From Octopus vulgaris (lineage: Eukaryota): a stretch of 64,000 bases of DNA. The stretch is from NCBI GenBank assembly GCA_951406725.2, contig OX597827.1, forward strand, positions 60,822,001-60,886,000. The letters run 5' to 3'. The notes under the pieces are model-generated. The model saw only the letters and a list, made by a program, of their open reading frames with translations, searched no databases and was not told the origin of the DNA. Below, one piece after another: positions 36,397 to 50,734 of this stretch. A program made the position numbers and the translations under genes. Within the stretch, counting starts at the first letter, position 1. The number at the start of each line of letters is the position of its first letter.

Positions 36397-39289
36397 GGCC
36401 ATGTAACTAATGCCATGAGGTTGTTCACCAATATGTATCAAATCCTGGCTTTTCTGTTTTCTGGTACAGTGTCTCCTTCTCCTCAGGACTGGTTAGGTGG
36501 CCTACCCCATTCCTTTGAGTCTACTTGTCACCCATATTGTATTCCCGCAAGCCTCGCACTAACCCCTCCCTGGAACATCACCCATCACTACAGAATTTCC
36601 TACCTGCCCAAATTTTTTTGTACAGCCATCGACTTGTAGTTAATCATGAACATCAAGTGTTGACCTCAATGGTCATGGAGGGCCTGCCAAGTTCATAGAG
36701 ATAAACCTCATCTCCAAACCAAACTATTACAATACAAATAAGCATCAGGTTTCAGTGAATTGTTTAATTGTTTATCTTTCACAAGTTTCAACCAATGGAC
36801 TACGGCCATGCTGGGGCACTGCCTTGAATGTTTCAGTCAAACAACTCAGGTGCAGTACTTATTTTTAATCCTGATACTTTTCTATCAGTCACTTTTGACA
36901 AACAGCTAAGTTAGGAGAACATGAAAACAAACAAACCAACACCAGTCATCAAGCAATGAGGGGAGGAAACAAACACAGCACAGACACAAACACAAATATA
37001 TACCTATCATTATCATTTAATGTCTGCTTTCCATGTTGGCATGGGTTGGTTGTTTTGACAGGAGCTGGCAGAACCAGGAGCCACACCAGGCTCCATTGTC
37101 TGTTTTGGAAAGCTTCTACAGCTGGATGTCCTTACTAATGCCGATCACTTTACAGAGTGCACTGGGTGCTTTTTACATGGCACCATCACCAGTGCTTTTT
37201 ACATGGAACAAGCAGCAACAGGTTCACCACACACACACATGTACATAATATATATGACAGGTTTCTTTCAGTTTCTATCTAGGAAATCCACTCACAAGAC
37301 TTTGGTCAACCTTGGACTATAATAGAAGACACTTGCCCAAAGTGCTGCACAGTGGGACTGAACCCAAGACCCAACAGTTGAGAAACAAACTTCTGAGCCA
37401 CACAGTCAAGCCTATCCACCATTTGATTCTCAGTTATCATCTGTGGATCCTGTGACCTATATAGAGAGAAACCCCCTTCAGTCATGAATGACCATGGGAT
37501 TGCACCTAGAAAGTTACCCTCCAAGGCACAAGTCTGGGCAAGGTTGTTTATGGAAGACCAGCAGTAGCCCATGCATATCAGCCTCCTACTCTCCATGCCA
37601 CTGATGTTATCCAAGGGAAAGGCAAAGGCTGATACAGCTTGGCACCAGTGATGTTGCAACTCATTTCTACAGCTGAGTGAACTGGAGCAACATGAAATAA
37701 AGTGTCTTGCTGAAGAACATAAAATACAGCCCGGTCCAAGAATTGAACTCACAACTCATGATTGTGAGCCCAACGCTTTAACCAATGAGCCATGCACTTT
37801 TCATATATGACCTATATACTTTCAATGGATTTTGATCCTCTGTAATTCCTAATTGGCAGAGTTGTCAGGGCATTATGGTTTTTATTCCAGCTTCTTACAT
37901 TCTGAGTTCGAATCCTGCTGAGATCAATTTTGGCTTTCATCCTTCCAGGGTCAATAAACAAAACACCATTCTAGGGAGGTGGATAGGTAGAATTATCAGA
38001 TCATCAGTTATGGATAGTAGAATTGCTGTCCAGTTATGGACAGTAGAAGTTTTAGTAGTGGACAGGCAGACACATTGACCTTTTCAATACCAACCCGGCT
38101 GAAACTGGCTCTGGCTCTGTAGTACAAATGTCTTGTTTCCATAAGTTCTGAATTAAATCCTTCCACCAAACCTTAGTCACAATTTATGTTCCTAGCACTA
38201 GCTGAATGGTAACTAAGTTATTTTACTAAATTCTTTGTTATATTTAAAATTAACTGAAAGAAACACAGAACATCTTAAAAGAAATACGGTAATGAAAGAG
38301 TTAAAGCATCAATGGTGGAAAGGTAGAATTGTCAGTATTGGTAATGAACAGGTAAAATTGTTAGGGTGTCAGCAATGGATAGGGAGAATTATCAGACCTT
38401 CAGCAGCAGACAGGTCCAGTTGTCAGATTTTAGCAGCATCTAGGTAGACTCATTACAGTGTTGGCAATGGGCAGGTAGAATCAATAGAGTTGGACATAAT
38501 GCCTTACAGATTTGTTTTGGCTTTTTACAATCTGGATTCTATTCCCACTGCAGCCTACTTGGGTGATACACTTTACCTATGGCCCAGTTTAACACCACCA
38601 TTTGGTTCTTGGGACACTTTTTAGCGAAGTGCCCTCAGTACTATGCATTCAGGGCAGGTCTCAAGTTTGAGAAGACATACTCCTCTCCTTCCTGAATATA
38701 TTTTGATCCCATGTAATGTTAGTGTGGTGGAGGCATATGGCCTAGTGGTTAGAGCAGTGGACTCACAATCGAGGGATTGCGGGCTCAAATTTCAGACCAG
38801 GTGATGTGTGTGTTTATGAGCAAAACACCTAAGCTCCACGCAGCTCCGGCAGAAGGTAATGGCGAACTTCTGCTGACTCTTTTGCCACAACTTTCTCTCA
38901 CTCTTTCCTCCTGCATCTTGCAGCTCACCTGCGACGGACTAGCATCCTGTCCAGGTGAGGAACCTATATGTCAAGGAAACCAAGAAACCAGCCCTAGCAC
39001 AAGAGGGAACAAACAAAAACAATGTTAGTGTGAAGTAGATTTTATAAGAGAAAATGTCTAAGATTTTTTTTAAATAGCTAAGTTGCAATTAGAGGTCTGT
39101 TCAATCAGGGTGGATCAGGGCAGATGGACAAATGACAACAACAGCACCTACTACTTCTACTACACAACAAGTATAACTTTAGTCTGTAACTATTAGAGAC
39201 TCTCTCTCCTTTGCAATTTTTACTTGTTTTTCTAAAAATGACAAATAACTTGTCAATTTAATTTTTACTCTTTTTCAACATTTGATATT

Positions 39290-39325
<36 letters not shown>

Positions 39326-40075
39326 GACCACTGCCATACAAAAAAAATTTACTTGTACAAAAATCAATAAACCTAATACAAATATGTTTTTCGTTAAAAG
39401 ATTAAATTGTTATCTTAAGCAATTTCCTTCATTCCCACCTGTTACTGCACTATGTAGAAAGGGGTAACATATGGTAGTGACTGTCATGGGGTGTTCACGC
39501 TTGCTAAGCTCAAATCCTTCTCTGACATAAGTGTTAATCATATATCAATATACAAACTTTAGGCTACTTCTAATACAACTTCAACCTGATTTTGTATCTG
39601 AGTCTGTATTATTAGATTTGAAAACAAACCTATGGGCAACGGGCTATCAGAATCATTTGCACACTGGACGTTCCCTTTGAACGGCAGATAGAGAAATTAA
39701 ATTTTTGTAACTAAAACCTTAAAGCTAAAACCAGTACAAATGCACGAATGATGTCATAAATAACAGTGACAAATGAAATATACACCGCCAGAAGTTGTTA
39801 TTGACAAACAACAGCAGTGATTTTATTCAGCTGAATACACATCATTGGTTGAAATTATCAAAATACGACAACTTTAACACGAAATAACTTCGTAAATATA
39901 AACTTTTCTCAAAAACACTAACAGTAAGAGATGTTTTATATGACACATTCTACCACTATACGAAGTTTGAAGTGTTTAGTTACAAAAAGCATTTTTTCTA
40001 AATCTGTCGGTCAAAAGGTAAAGATCCCACTGGACAAAACGCTTTGCAGCATTTCTTCCGACATTATGTCCTGAG

Positions 40076-40349
40076 CAGGACTGTGGAGTCAAAACAAAAA
40101 ACTTTGACTCCGACTCTTCTACTCTTGACATCCCTGACTCTGACTCCTCTTTATGTAATTAAGTGATTTGGGTCTACATATCTCCATAAAGCATGTGCAT
40201 ACACTTGTACTTTGAGTAGGCCTATATGTTATAACTGGTTTATATTAAAGAATAAAGATATTGTGAGTTGGAATCAGAGTTGGTATAGTTTTACTGACTC
40301 CAGCTAACCCTTAATTGTTTACAACTCCAACTTCGACTCTACAGCCCTG
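40076..40349. mobile_element. hAT-type MITE inserted in a decayed SINE; another hAT-like MITE at about 49453-49803
   Basis: CAGGACTGTGGAGTC .. GACTCTACAGCCCTG TIRs with GACTCC subrepeats; TSD not recognisable. Confidence 0.6.
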
Positions 40350-41649
40350 GTCAACTTTGCCTTTTATCATTGCATGGGGTCAATAAAATAGTGTCAGTTG
40401 AGCATTGGGGTTGATATAATTGACTAACCCCCACTCCCTTAAAAATTTCAGGCCTTGTATCTATAGTAGAAAGATGAAAAAAAAAAATATTAGATTTGAA
40501 AACGAATTATGAATAGATTATAGATGCAGGTGTGGCTGTCTGGTAAGAAGTTTGCTTCTCAGCCATATGGTTCTGGGTTTCAGTCCCACTGCATGGCACT
40601 TTGGACAAGTGTCTTCTACTTCAGTTTTGGGCTGACCAAAGCTCTTGTGAGTAGATTTGACAAATGAAAACTGAAAGAAGCCTGTCATATATACATGTGT
40701 GTATATAGGTGTTGGAGTGGCTGCGTGGTAAGTAGCTTGCTTACCAACCACATGGTTCCGGGTTCAGTCCCACTGCATGGCACCTTGGGCAAGTGTCTTC
40801 TACTATAGCCTCAGACCGACCAAAGACTTGTGAGTGGATTTGGTAGTCGGAAACTGAAAGAAGCCCGTCGTATATATGTATATATCTATATATGTGTGTA
40901 TGTGTTTGTGTGTGTGTTTGTCCCCTCCAACATCGCTTGACAACCGATGCTGGTGTGTTTACGTCCCCGTAACTTAGTGGTTTGGCAAAAGAGACCGATA
41001 GAATAAGTACTAGGCTTACAAAGAATAAGTCTTGGGGTCAATTTGCTCGACTAAAAAGGCGGTGCTCCAGCATGGCCACAGCCAAATGACTGAAACAAGT
41101 AAAAGAGTAGGTGTGTGTGTGTGTGTTGTTTTTCCCATCCCCACCACTACACAACTGGTGTTGGTGTGTTTATGTCCTCATAACTTAGCAATTCAGTAAA
41201 AAGAGACCAATAGAATAAGTACCAGACTTCATAAAAATAAGCACTGAGGTTGATTCGCTGGACTAAAATTCTTCATGAACTATAACTAGTAATAAGCAAA
41301 CCTACATTTCTGTCTGTTAAAAAAAACATGCAGGTCTTCATGCAGGTCTTCTGGGAATATTTCTCTGTTTCCACAGACATTGTTATTGTATAACAAAACA
41401 CTTACATACATCATTAATATAAAACAAAAGATCTACTCCTCATTTGTAATTAGTAGAATCTCTAAAATGAAGTTACTGAAAATACCAATTACTGCACACT
41501 GTATGATACTGACATAGAACCATGTAACAAAAAAAAAATGGCATAGAACAATTTATCTTTAAGAGATATTTAGTTATGGTTGTAAAAAGAATTTCATAGG
41601 CGTGAGCATTGTTGTATGGGTATGAAATTTGCTTTACAACCACTTAGTC

Positions 41650-42240
41650 CTTATTTCTTTACAGCCCACAAGGGACTACACACAGAGGGGACAAACAAGG
41701 ACAGACAAAGGGATTAAGGCAATTACATCGACCCCAGTGTGTAACTGGTACTTATTTAATCGACCCCGAAAGGATGAAAGGCAAAGTCAACCTCGGCAGA
41801 ATTTGAACTCAGAACATAGCGGCAGACGAAAGACCTATTTCTTCACTACCCACAAGGGGCTAAACACAGACAGAACAAACGGATTAAGTCGATTACATCG
41901 ACCCCAGTGCGTAACTAGTACCTATTTAATCGACCCCGAAAGGATGAAAGGCAAAGTCAACCATGGCAGAATTTGAACTCAGAACATAGCAGCAGACGAA
42001 ATACCTATTTCTTTACTACCCACAAGGGGCTAAATACAGAGAGGACAAACAAGGACAGACAAACGGATTAAGTCGATTATATCAACCCCAGTGCGTAACT
42101 GGTACTTATTTAATTGACCCCGAAAGGATGAAAGGCAAAGTCGACCTCAGCGGAATTTGAACTCAGAACATAGCGGCAGACGAAATACCGCTAAGCATTT
42201 CGCCCGGCGTGCTAACGCTTCTGCTAGCTCGCCGCCTTAG
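41650..42240 (-). mobile_element. Head-to-tail trimer of a Nin/Deu-domain-like SINE; dimer at 55584-55910(+), monomers at 18935-19150, 20255-20450, 35975-36210
   Basis: Units contain GCCTTTCATCCTTTCGGGGTCGATTAAATAAGTACCAG and B-box GAGTTCAAATTC; period about 170-185 bp. Confidence 0.85.
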
Positions 42241-42726
42241 TTCTGGAATCTTGGGCAAGTGTCTTCTACTAAAGCCATGGACTAACCAGAGTCTAATAAG
42301 TTGCTTTCATTGAAGGAAACTAAGAAGTTTATCACACACACATATATATATATTATACCCATACTAGATGTGAGTAGCCATGCAGATCCCTCTGCAGGAA
42401 ACTACTCTACCTTTTGTCTCTCAAAGTATCCCCTCGCTCCCTATCATGAAGCTGACCTCTCCTGCTCTAGGGCTCTTACTCCTGCAAACTGCAAGGTGAC
42501 CTCAATTGTACAGGTGGGATGAAAAAATATCCAATCTACACTGCAAAGTGGTTGGTGTTAGGAAGAGCACCAAGCCATACAAACCATTCCAAAGTAGACA
42601 TTGGTGCTTAATGTAGTCCTAGGACACATCAGTCCTGGTCAAACTGTTCAACTGATGCCAGCATGGAATATGGATGTTAAATGATGATGATATACATATA
42701 TATATATATGTATGTATGTATGTATG

Positions 42727-43005
42727 AGGAGGCACAATGGCCCAGTGGTCAGGGCAGCGGACTCGCAGTCGTAGGGTTGCAGTTTCGATTTCCGGACCGG
42801 GTGTTGTGAGTGTTTATTGAGTGAAAACACTTAAAAAAGCTCCATGAGGCTCCAGCAGGGGGTGGTGGCGATCCCTGCTGTACTCTTTCACCACAACTTT
42901 CTTCTGTTGGCCTGCTCACTTAGCCAGCAGGGTGGCATCATTTGAAGGCTAAAACAATGATTGTGACCAGTGATGTGTAGCAACATCTGATAGCCTGGTC
43001 GGTCA
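42727..43005 (+). mobile_element. tRNA(Arg)-like-headed SINE; partial reverse copy 45660-45762
   Basis: TGGCCCAGTGG..GGACTCGCAGTC..GTTTCGATTCC head followed by a non-tRNA body. Confidence 0.65.
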
Positions 43006-44799
43006 CATGATATATATATATAGCGAGAGAGATAGAGAGAGGCATAGGTGTGTCTGTATCATTAAAAAGATTCTTTCCCAACCATGTGGTTTTAGAGTCA
43101 GTTCCACTTGTGCAGAATCTTGGGCAAATGTTTTTTCTACTGTAAGCCTTGGGTTACCAAAGCCTTGTGAGTGGATTTGGTAGGTGGAAACTGAAAGAAT
43201 CCCATCAGGTGTGTGTATGTCAGCACTGTCATACTTCACCCACTGGAACACAGAGGCTGAGATAATAGGAGGGAGAGAGAGAGTTGCATGAGCACTCAGC
43301 TGGTACTCATTATAGCTGAGTAGATTGAAGCAACATGAAATGAAGTGTATTGTTCAAAGAAAAAATGCACTGGCCTATCCAGGAATCAAAAGCACAACCA
43401 CTAACGCGATGTGCTGTACAGATGAGGTCTGGTCAAAAAGTATTGGGACTGCTGTTAGTATGCAAAGTGAAGCCACTTGGCACAGATTGACCTTGAGCTT
43501 CGCCATACATGCACACTAAATTATAATGTTCTTGCTCACTTCCTTTGTTTATAGCAGCGCTTGTAAGTAAAGTGTGGTTGTCTCAAAAAGAAGATTGATT
43601 TTCAATTGCGCAGGATCTCCTTGATCAGGGATTGCCAAAGTGGGGCAGCAAGGAATTCATCATCATCATCATCATCGTTTAATGTCCGCTTTCCATGCTA
43701 GCATAGGTTGGATGATTTGACCGAGGTCTGGCAAACCAGATGGCTGCACCAGGCTCCAATCTGATCTGGCAGTTTCTACAGCTGGATGCCCTTCCTAACA
43801 CCAACCACTCTGAGAGTGTAGTGGGTGCTTTTATGTGCCACCGGCACGAGGGCCAGTCAGGCGGTACTGGCAACGGCCACGTTCAAATGGTGCTTTTTAT
43901 GTGCCACCTGCACAGGAGCCAGTCCAGCAGCTCTGGCGACGACCTTGCTCGAATGTTTTTCACGTGCCAGTAAGGCGGCGATAGCCAAGAGGTCGAATGG
44001 GGGTCGGCATGCAAAAGACTAGCTCACCCAGATGAACTGCTTGAAATACTTAATCAGCGACATGCTCATCCCTAACACTGATCTTGTCAATTTCAATAAA
44101 AGATATTCCAGCAATATGATGCGTTTTTCACATTTTCTAACCGTGAAAACAATTTCATAAAAATTGGAAGTTCAATACTGTGTACTCGTACATGTAGTTT
44201 TAAATGTAAAAGCTTCTAGGGTCGATATGTTCGACTAAAAAATTCCTCAAGGCGGTGCCCCAACATGACCGCAGTCCAATGATTGAAACAAGTAAAAACA
44301 TTTTTAGAAAATTTTAAAAAATGAAGAAAAACCAGAAAAATATAACCGAGGTGGGGGGGGGGAATAAAAATTTGCAAGATTTGGCTGTTGTTTCTAGCAT
44401 GTAGAGCAACCTCCTAGGCTTAATTTCATGCGCTGGTTGAAAATCATTTGAAAAAAAACTTATGGGGTCGATACATTCGACTAAAAATTTCTCAAGGTGG
44501 TGCCCCAGCATGGCCGTAGTCTAATAACTGCAACAAGTAAAATGAAAAAAAAAAAACTAAATATATCATAGAAGTGGTTTGATCAGGCTTTAAAAAAATC
44601 CTGGGTTCCATATAGCCATCTAAAAAATTTTCAAGGTGGTGCCTCAACATGGGCGGTCGCTGCCTAATAATTGCAACGAGTAAAATTTTTTTTTAATTCT
44701 GGGGTCGATACATTCAAATAAAAATTCTTCAAGGCGGTGCCCCAGCATGGCCACAACCCAATGACTGAAACAAGTGGAAGGTGAAAAGAAAAGAAAAAA

Positions 44800-45597
44800 T
44801 TACATTATTTACATTTGACGGATATTTGTCCTCGTCTTTGTTGTTAACACAACAAAAAATATAACCGTGGGGCCTTTGTCCACTTTCACACTTTAACTAT
44901 GGGGCCCTCTGTCCGGACCCCCATACATACAAATGATCGGATTGGACAAGTTGAGGACTTTCATCTCGGTCGTTCTTTCTTCATTATGACGAAATAAATG
45001 ATCGGACGAGACCGAATTTACATCATAAACCTACGTTTATCAAAACAACGAAAGGGCAACATCTACGTAGTTGGTCGGCCTGCAAGAACTAGCAAACAAA
45101 ATCAAATTACACCTTACCGTAAAAAAAAAAAGAAGCAAAAACACATAATATAATATAGTCCGAGATATACAGGGCCTAACACAACTGAAAAGTCCTTAAT
45201 AATAGGCATACCCACCCGGTCAAGAATGCTCTGCTCTAGATAACAACAGCAAGGATTTATTTATATTTTCATTAAAAAAAATTCCATTCACCACTTGAGT
45301 CTATGAACAAGATCAAGGCATATTGACCGTGATCATCCTGTCTTTTCCAGAGGTGTGAAAAACATTAGTGCGTACTTGCGTTGTTTAAGACGGTAAAGTG
45401 GTAAGGTAGGGTATGCTACGGAAGAGATTTTGCTGCTACATATAGTAGGCAGACAGACCACGTAGAGGATCTCGCGTTGGGTCGTCTGTTAATAGTAGGA
45501 GGTTTTAAAGGAGGTTTGACATTATATGTGTGAGTGTATGTAGGTAGGTAGATAGATAGATATACATAAACATACACGTTCCCCATTTTAATATCAT

Positions 45598-45630
<33 letters not shown>

Positions 45631-48600
45631 CATACATACATACATACATATTTTTTTTTCCCGACCAGGCTATCAGATGTTGTTACACATCGCTGATCAC
45701 AATGCGCTTGGCATTGTTTTAGCCTTCAAATGACGCCACCCCGCTGGCTAAGCGAGCAGGCCATATATATATATATAATGTAAACGCTTAAAGAAGTGTG
45801 AATGCAAAAGCGATGTTATTTACGAGTTTGTAGGTTCGTAGGAGGAAAAGACGAGGAAAAACAATGATTCTTTCAAATTAAATATCATTTAAGTTATACT
45901 CCACACATCTCGTGTTTTTTCCTAGCCATATTCGGATTTATAAAACTAAAGGATATATAGATGTATCCTAATCTAATATGCATTCATTGATATTTTAATT
46001 AACACGTTCTATCCTCAGATCATCATAATTTCAGATACGGAATTATAAAAGCATCTACCGCTATGTAAATAATATTTGCTATGCCTTTAGACTAATCGCA
46101 ATGAATCTTCTTTTGCATTTATTATTAATCAAAATATTTTAATATAAAACTAGAAGCCATTGAGGAGAGAAGATATCTAATTTAGTAAAGCTATGAAAAA
46201 CTCTTCCTGCACCCCGAAAAAATCCGTTTCCTTGTTTTTCCTTTTGGTGGATGTATGCCAGTATTGGACATTCAGACTTTTTAAATTATCTAGGATTGCA
46301 TTATATATGTGACCATTCACCTTTTATAACGGCATGCTGTGATTTGAAGGAGATTTAGTTGCTATTTGTAGCACGTCGCGCGTCTACACTGGAAAGACTT
46401 GTTTTGATTTCAAGTTCCAAGTCAACAGTGTGACCGAGCTGACCTGTGACCAAAGACATTCCATCATGACCGTCTCAATTTAATTTTTTTACAGGCATAG
46501 TATTATAGATAGGGCCACGTTATCGAATAAGCCCTTCTTTTTAAAAGACAGTAGCGTTAGGGTGTTGCTTAAGGGGAGATTTCGCTGTATTTTTTTTTTA
46601 GCAAAACGAACACACCACGTACGGGAACATCGTAGTTGGCTCGTTTTAAATACAGTTTAACAGACGTCAACAACATTTATGAAATTATAATACATAGCTA
46701 GACATCGAAGTTGTTGTTTTTTAAGGGTTATAAATATAAATAAATATATATATGTATGTATATATATATATTATTAATATGAATAAATTCAAGTTTAAGA
46801 CAGTACATACATAAAGAGGTTGTTGAGGTCTCTATCAACAGTTGAGGTCGACCAACACAATATATATATATATATAATACAACGAAATATATTAGAAATG
46901 AATTTTAGCTACGAAAACATTATTCTCGTTTATTGTATTTGTTTGTTTTTTTAAATAACATTTCTGAAACCTTTTCGAAAGAAGCACATCGAGTACTTTT
47001 TCTAAGGAAGTCGACAGACGGTGTGCTTCTTTCCGGCATCGAAGATACAAATGGAATTATAATAGCAATATTTCTTAAGATATGTTAGCCTTTTTTTTTT
47101 TTATGAACTGTAGGGTGTGATTCGAAAGGCTTTGGATGCTGTTGCTAGCAAACTGAAGCGCCCACGTCTCGCAATTAAATATTACTATATACACAATTCA
47201 ATAACTATTAAAATCAGTCAGTTGTCATGTTTTTGTGTGGGAGGGGTAGTTTCTGTCGTATAAAATAATTTCGCAGTGATTTTAGCTAGGTCCTACCTTT
47301 GTTAGTGTTTGGTTGCAGAATTACATGCTTCAGTTAATTTAGAAAATAAAACATTTTGAGGATTTTAAGTAAAACAGCTAATTTATTTTTTTTCTTTTTG
47401 AAGGATAATAACAAAAATTCGGCAAGCTTTCGTTTTGATAGCCAAAAATCCTTACATTAAACTTTGATCGTAGGTAGAAAACAGGTTTAGTATTAAAGAA
47501 CTGAATGTTGTGTCAAGAAGGTTTGTTATCGAGTGTTTGAAGCATTATAAATAAGAAATAGGTTAAGGAGTGTTTATTTCGGGTATAAATACGAAATGCA
47601 GTTTGATAAAAAGAAAAAGATATAAAATGATAGTAATATATCCATCCGATTTTCAAAATATGAAGTCGACACTTGGTTAATCATGATAGTAAATAGTTTA
47701 AGTGAAGTGAATTATTAGGAAATCTTTAGTTTAAAAAATTGCATTATAAATACGAAATGACATTTAGGTTATAAGAAAACATTACTACCACTAAATACAT
47801 TCATTTTTAAAAGATAGGAAAGAAGCTGATGCATTGTAAATTGTAAACGTTTGGGGTGAACTGGGGAGGGAAATTCTAATGTTTAGAATTTGATCAAGGT
47901 CGGCCTTCATCAAAATTACTTTTGCCTTGACAATCTAGTTATTTTATCTATCTAGAACTACATCGTTCAATATGACCCGTCTGAAGACCGTGGGGTGTGA
48001 TTTGAAAGACTTTGGCTGCTGTTACTAGTAACAGAAGCGCTTAGTAGAGGTTAGCTCGCAGTTGATGTTGTTATACACGGTATAATAACTACTAAAACGA
48101 AATTTAGGTTATAAAACAAGAACATTATTCGCATTTAATATATCGAATATACGAAAGACGTTCAAGACGAAATTGACATTTGTAAATAAAAAACTGGACA
48201 GGGGTAGGTTAAAACCACGAAAACCAAATTATAAAACGCATTTCCAATTTATAGAGAAACAACAATCGGCTTTGTTACAGCGACAGGTGTGGTTTCCCAA
48301 AAGGTGAAGAGACGATTGTAATAAAATCATAGCTAACCTTAGTGGAGGAGATGGTTGTTATAAATCACCTTAACCAAAAATTGGTTTGTTTTGGTGGATC
48401 TTGGTAACTTGAGGAATCCACGTCATTATCTGCTCCACCTATTTCCGGTAGAGAAGGCGAGGGGAGATTACTTTGAACAAACACTGTCAGCCTTTACGCA
48501 GACGCACAACGCGCTAGAAATAGCAGCGAAATTTTCCTCTTATCAATAGTAGTAGTCCTTTCTGCTACAGACATAAGGCCTGAAATTTTGTGGAAGGCCA

Positions 48601-48800
48601 GTTAATCAGTCTCATCGACCCAGTACATGACTGGTACTTATTTTATCGATGAAAAGTAAAGTCGATCTGGGTGAAATTTTAATTCAGATCATAAAGACAG
48701 ACGAAATGCTGCTAAGTATTTTGTCCGGCACTCTAACAATGCTGCTACCTCGCCGTTTTTGGTTTCAAATTTTGGTCGACAATTTTAATGGTGGGAGTAA
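44800..48800 (-). promoter_or_regulatory. CpG-enriched region; probable DYM promoter and non-coding first exon near 48340-48450
   Basis: Visibly more CG dinucleotides than the flanks (not counted). Minus-strand ETS site ACCGGAAAT (48441-48449), TGACGTGG (48418-48425), candidate donors AAG|GTGATT (48367-68) and AAG|GTTAGC (48336-37). DYM coding exon 1 has an acceptor, so an upstream exon is needed. Confidence 0.5.
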
Positions 48801-50409
48801 GTCGATAACACCGTCTCTAGTGCTCAACTGGTATTTACTTCAGCGATCCCGAAAGAATGAAAGGTTAAGTCAACCTTGGCAGAATTTGAACACAGAACAT
48901 AAGCATTTTGTTCAATTCGCTAACAATTCGACCAACTCCCTGCCTTAAAACACATCATCATCATCATCGTTTAATGTCAGCTTTCCATGCTAGCATGGGT
49001 TGGATGGTTCGACCGGGGTCTGGGAAGCCAGGAGGCTGCACCAGGGCCAGTCTGATCTGGCAGTGTTTCTACAGCTGGATACCCTTCCTAATGCCAACCA
49101 CTCCGTGAGTGTAGTGGGTGTTTTTTACGTGCCACCGGCACAGGTGCCAGGGGAGGCTGGCAGCGGCCACGATCAGTTGTTGCTTTTTACGTGCCACTGG
49201 CACAGATAAAAATAATTAGCTTACCGTGCTCAGGTGCACCACAACTCGTCGGAAAAGCTTCAAAGAAGAGGCAGAAAGCAAACGTATAAGTCAAGTAATG
49301 AAAGAGAATGTCTAAATTTTTTTTTTAATCACACATTGAATAATGTTAATGTCTTGTATAGAAAACTACAAGTATCCAATGTAGTTTTGGATACTACACA
49401 AACCGTATAGTCAAGACTGTAATGTCAGGCTGTACAACATCAAATAAAGAATCAGTGGTTCTCTTTCAACAAAGGTCCATATGACCCCTGAGAATCCATA
49501 TAAGATTGAGGGTGGGGTCCAATTAACAAAATAGTGAATTGGGGATCCACAATAGTATTTTAAGGACCCCTGAAAAAAATTTGCTTTAGATATATGTATT
49601 GGTATGTATTGCAAGAAACAGCTAGGTTTCTTTCTCTAACATTTTACGTAGTTCAACCGACACAAGTTAATGTGTGAAAAACAAAATAGGAATTTTGAAA
49701 GAAGTTTCTATAAAACTAGATTTTAAACATTAAATGGTTATGGGGGTCCTCCAGAAAAGAATAGTAATCAAAGGGGTCCATAGATAAAAATGGTTGAGAA
49801 CCCTTCGTCATTTAGCATGTTAGAAAGAGCAATTGAGTATCCCTCAAAATCATACCCTTACCCTCTTTGGAAAAGAAAAGATGATAACCAAGACCTACGT
49901 AGCCTAAACAGACAGGATGGTCATCTCTCACCCAGTTTAGCACTGCCATTTCAAACTTAGGTAACTTTATTATTGAGTCCAATTTATTGCAAGAAGAAAA
50001 AGAGAAGGTTTGGTTTATTTCCCATAAAAAATAAAAACAACCTTTGTGACACAACACGTAATAGAATCTGTTTTAACTTTAGCCTTTTTCCAAAAGATTC
50101 CTGTATGTTCTTCATAGTATTATGTCATTTGTGAGTCTGACATCTTCAATAGTGTGGTAAGAAGCTGGCTTTCCCACTACAAATTCTGGGTCCTGTTCCA
50201 CAGCGTGGCATCTTGGGCAAGTGTCTTCTACTATTACTACATTGTACTATACACAACTTCTACTGCTATTGCATTGTAATATTCACAACGTCTGTCTTTA
50301 CGTCCTGAGTTCAAATTCCACCAAGGTCGACTTTGCCTGTCATCCTTTTGGGGTCGATAAATTAAGTACCAATTGTGTACTGGGGTTGATCAAATTGATT
50401 GGCACCCTC

Positions 50410-50734
50410 CCCCAAAATTTCAGGCCTTGTACCTAGAGTAGAAAAGTATATACACAATTTAAATTATAAAAATTGATTCTTTCGGTGCAACCCATTAACC
50501 AAATTATCCATGGCCCAGTACTGATCTTTGGCTTGATAATAGCCAGCGACTTGTTGACTATAAGCAACATACCCCAAAATTTCAGGCCTTGTACCTAGAG
50601 TAGAAAAGTATATACACAATTTAAATTATAAAAATTGATTCTTTCGGTGCAACCCATTAACCAAATTATCCATGGCCCAGTACTGATCTTTGGCTTGATA
50701 ATAGCCAGCGACTTGTTGACTATAAACAACATAC
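50410..50734. repeat. Near-perfect tandem duplication, 162-bp period
   Basis: CCCCAAAATTTCAGGCCTTGTACCTAGAG.. begins at 50410 and 50572. Confidence 0.9.
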
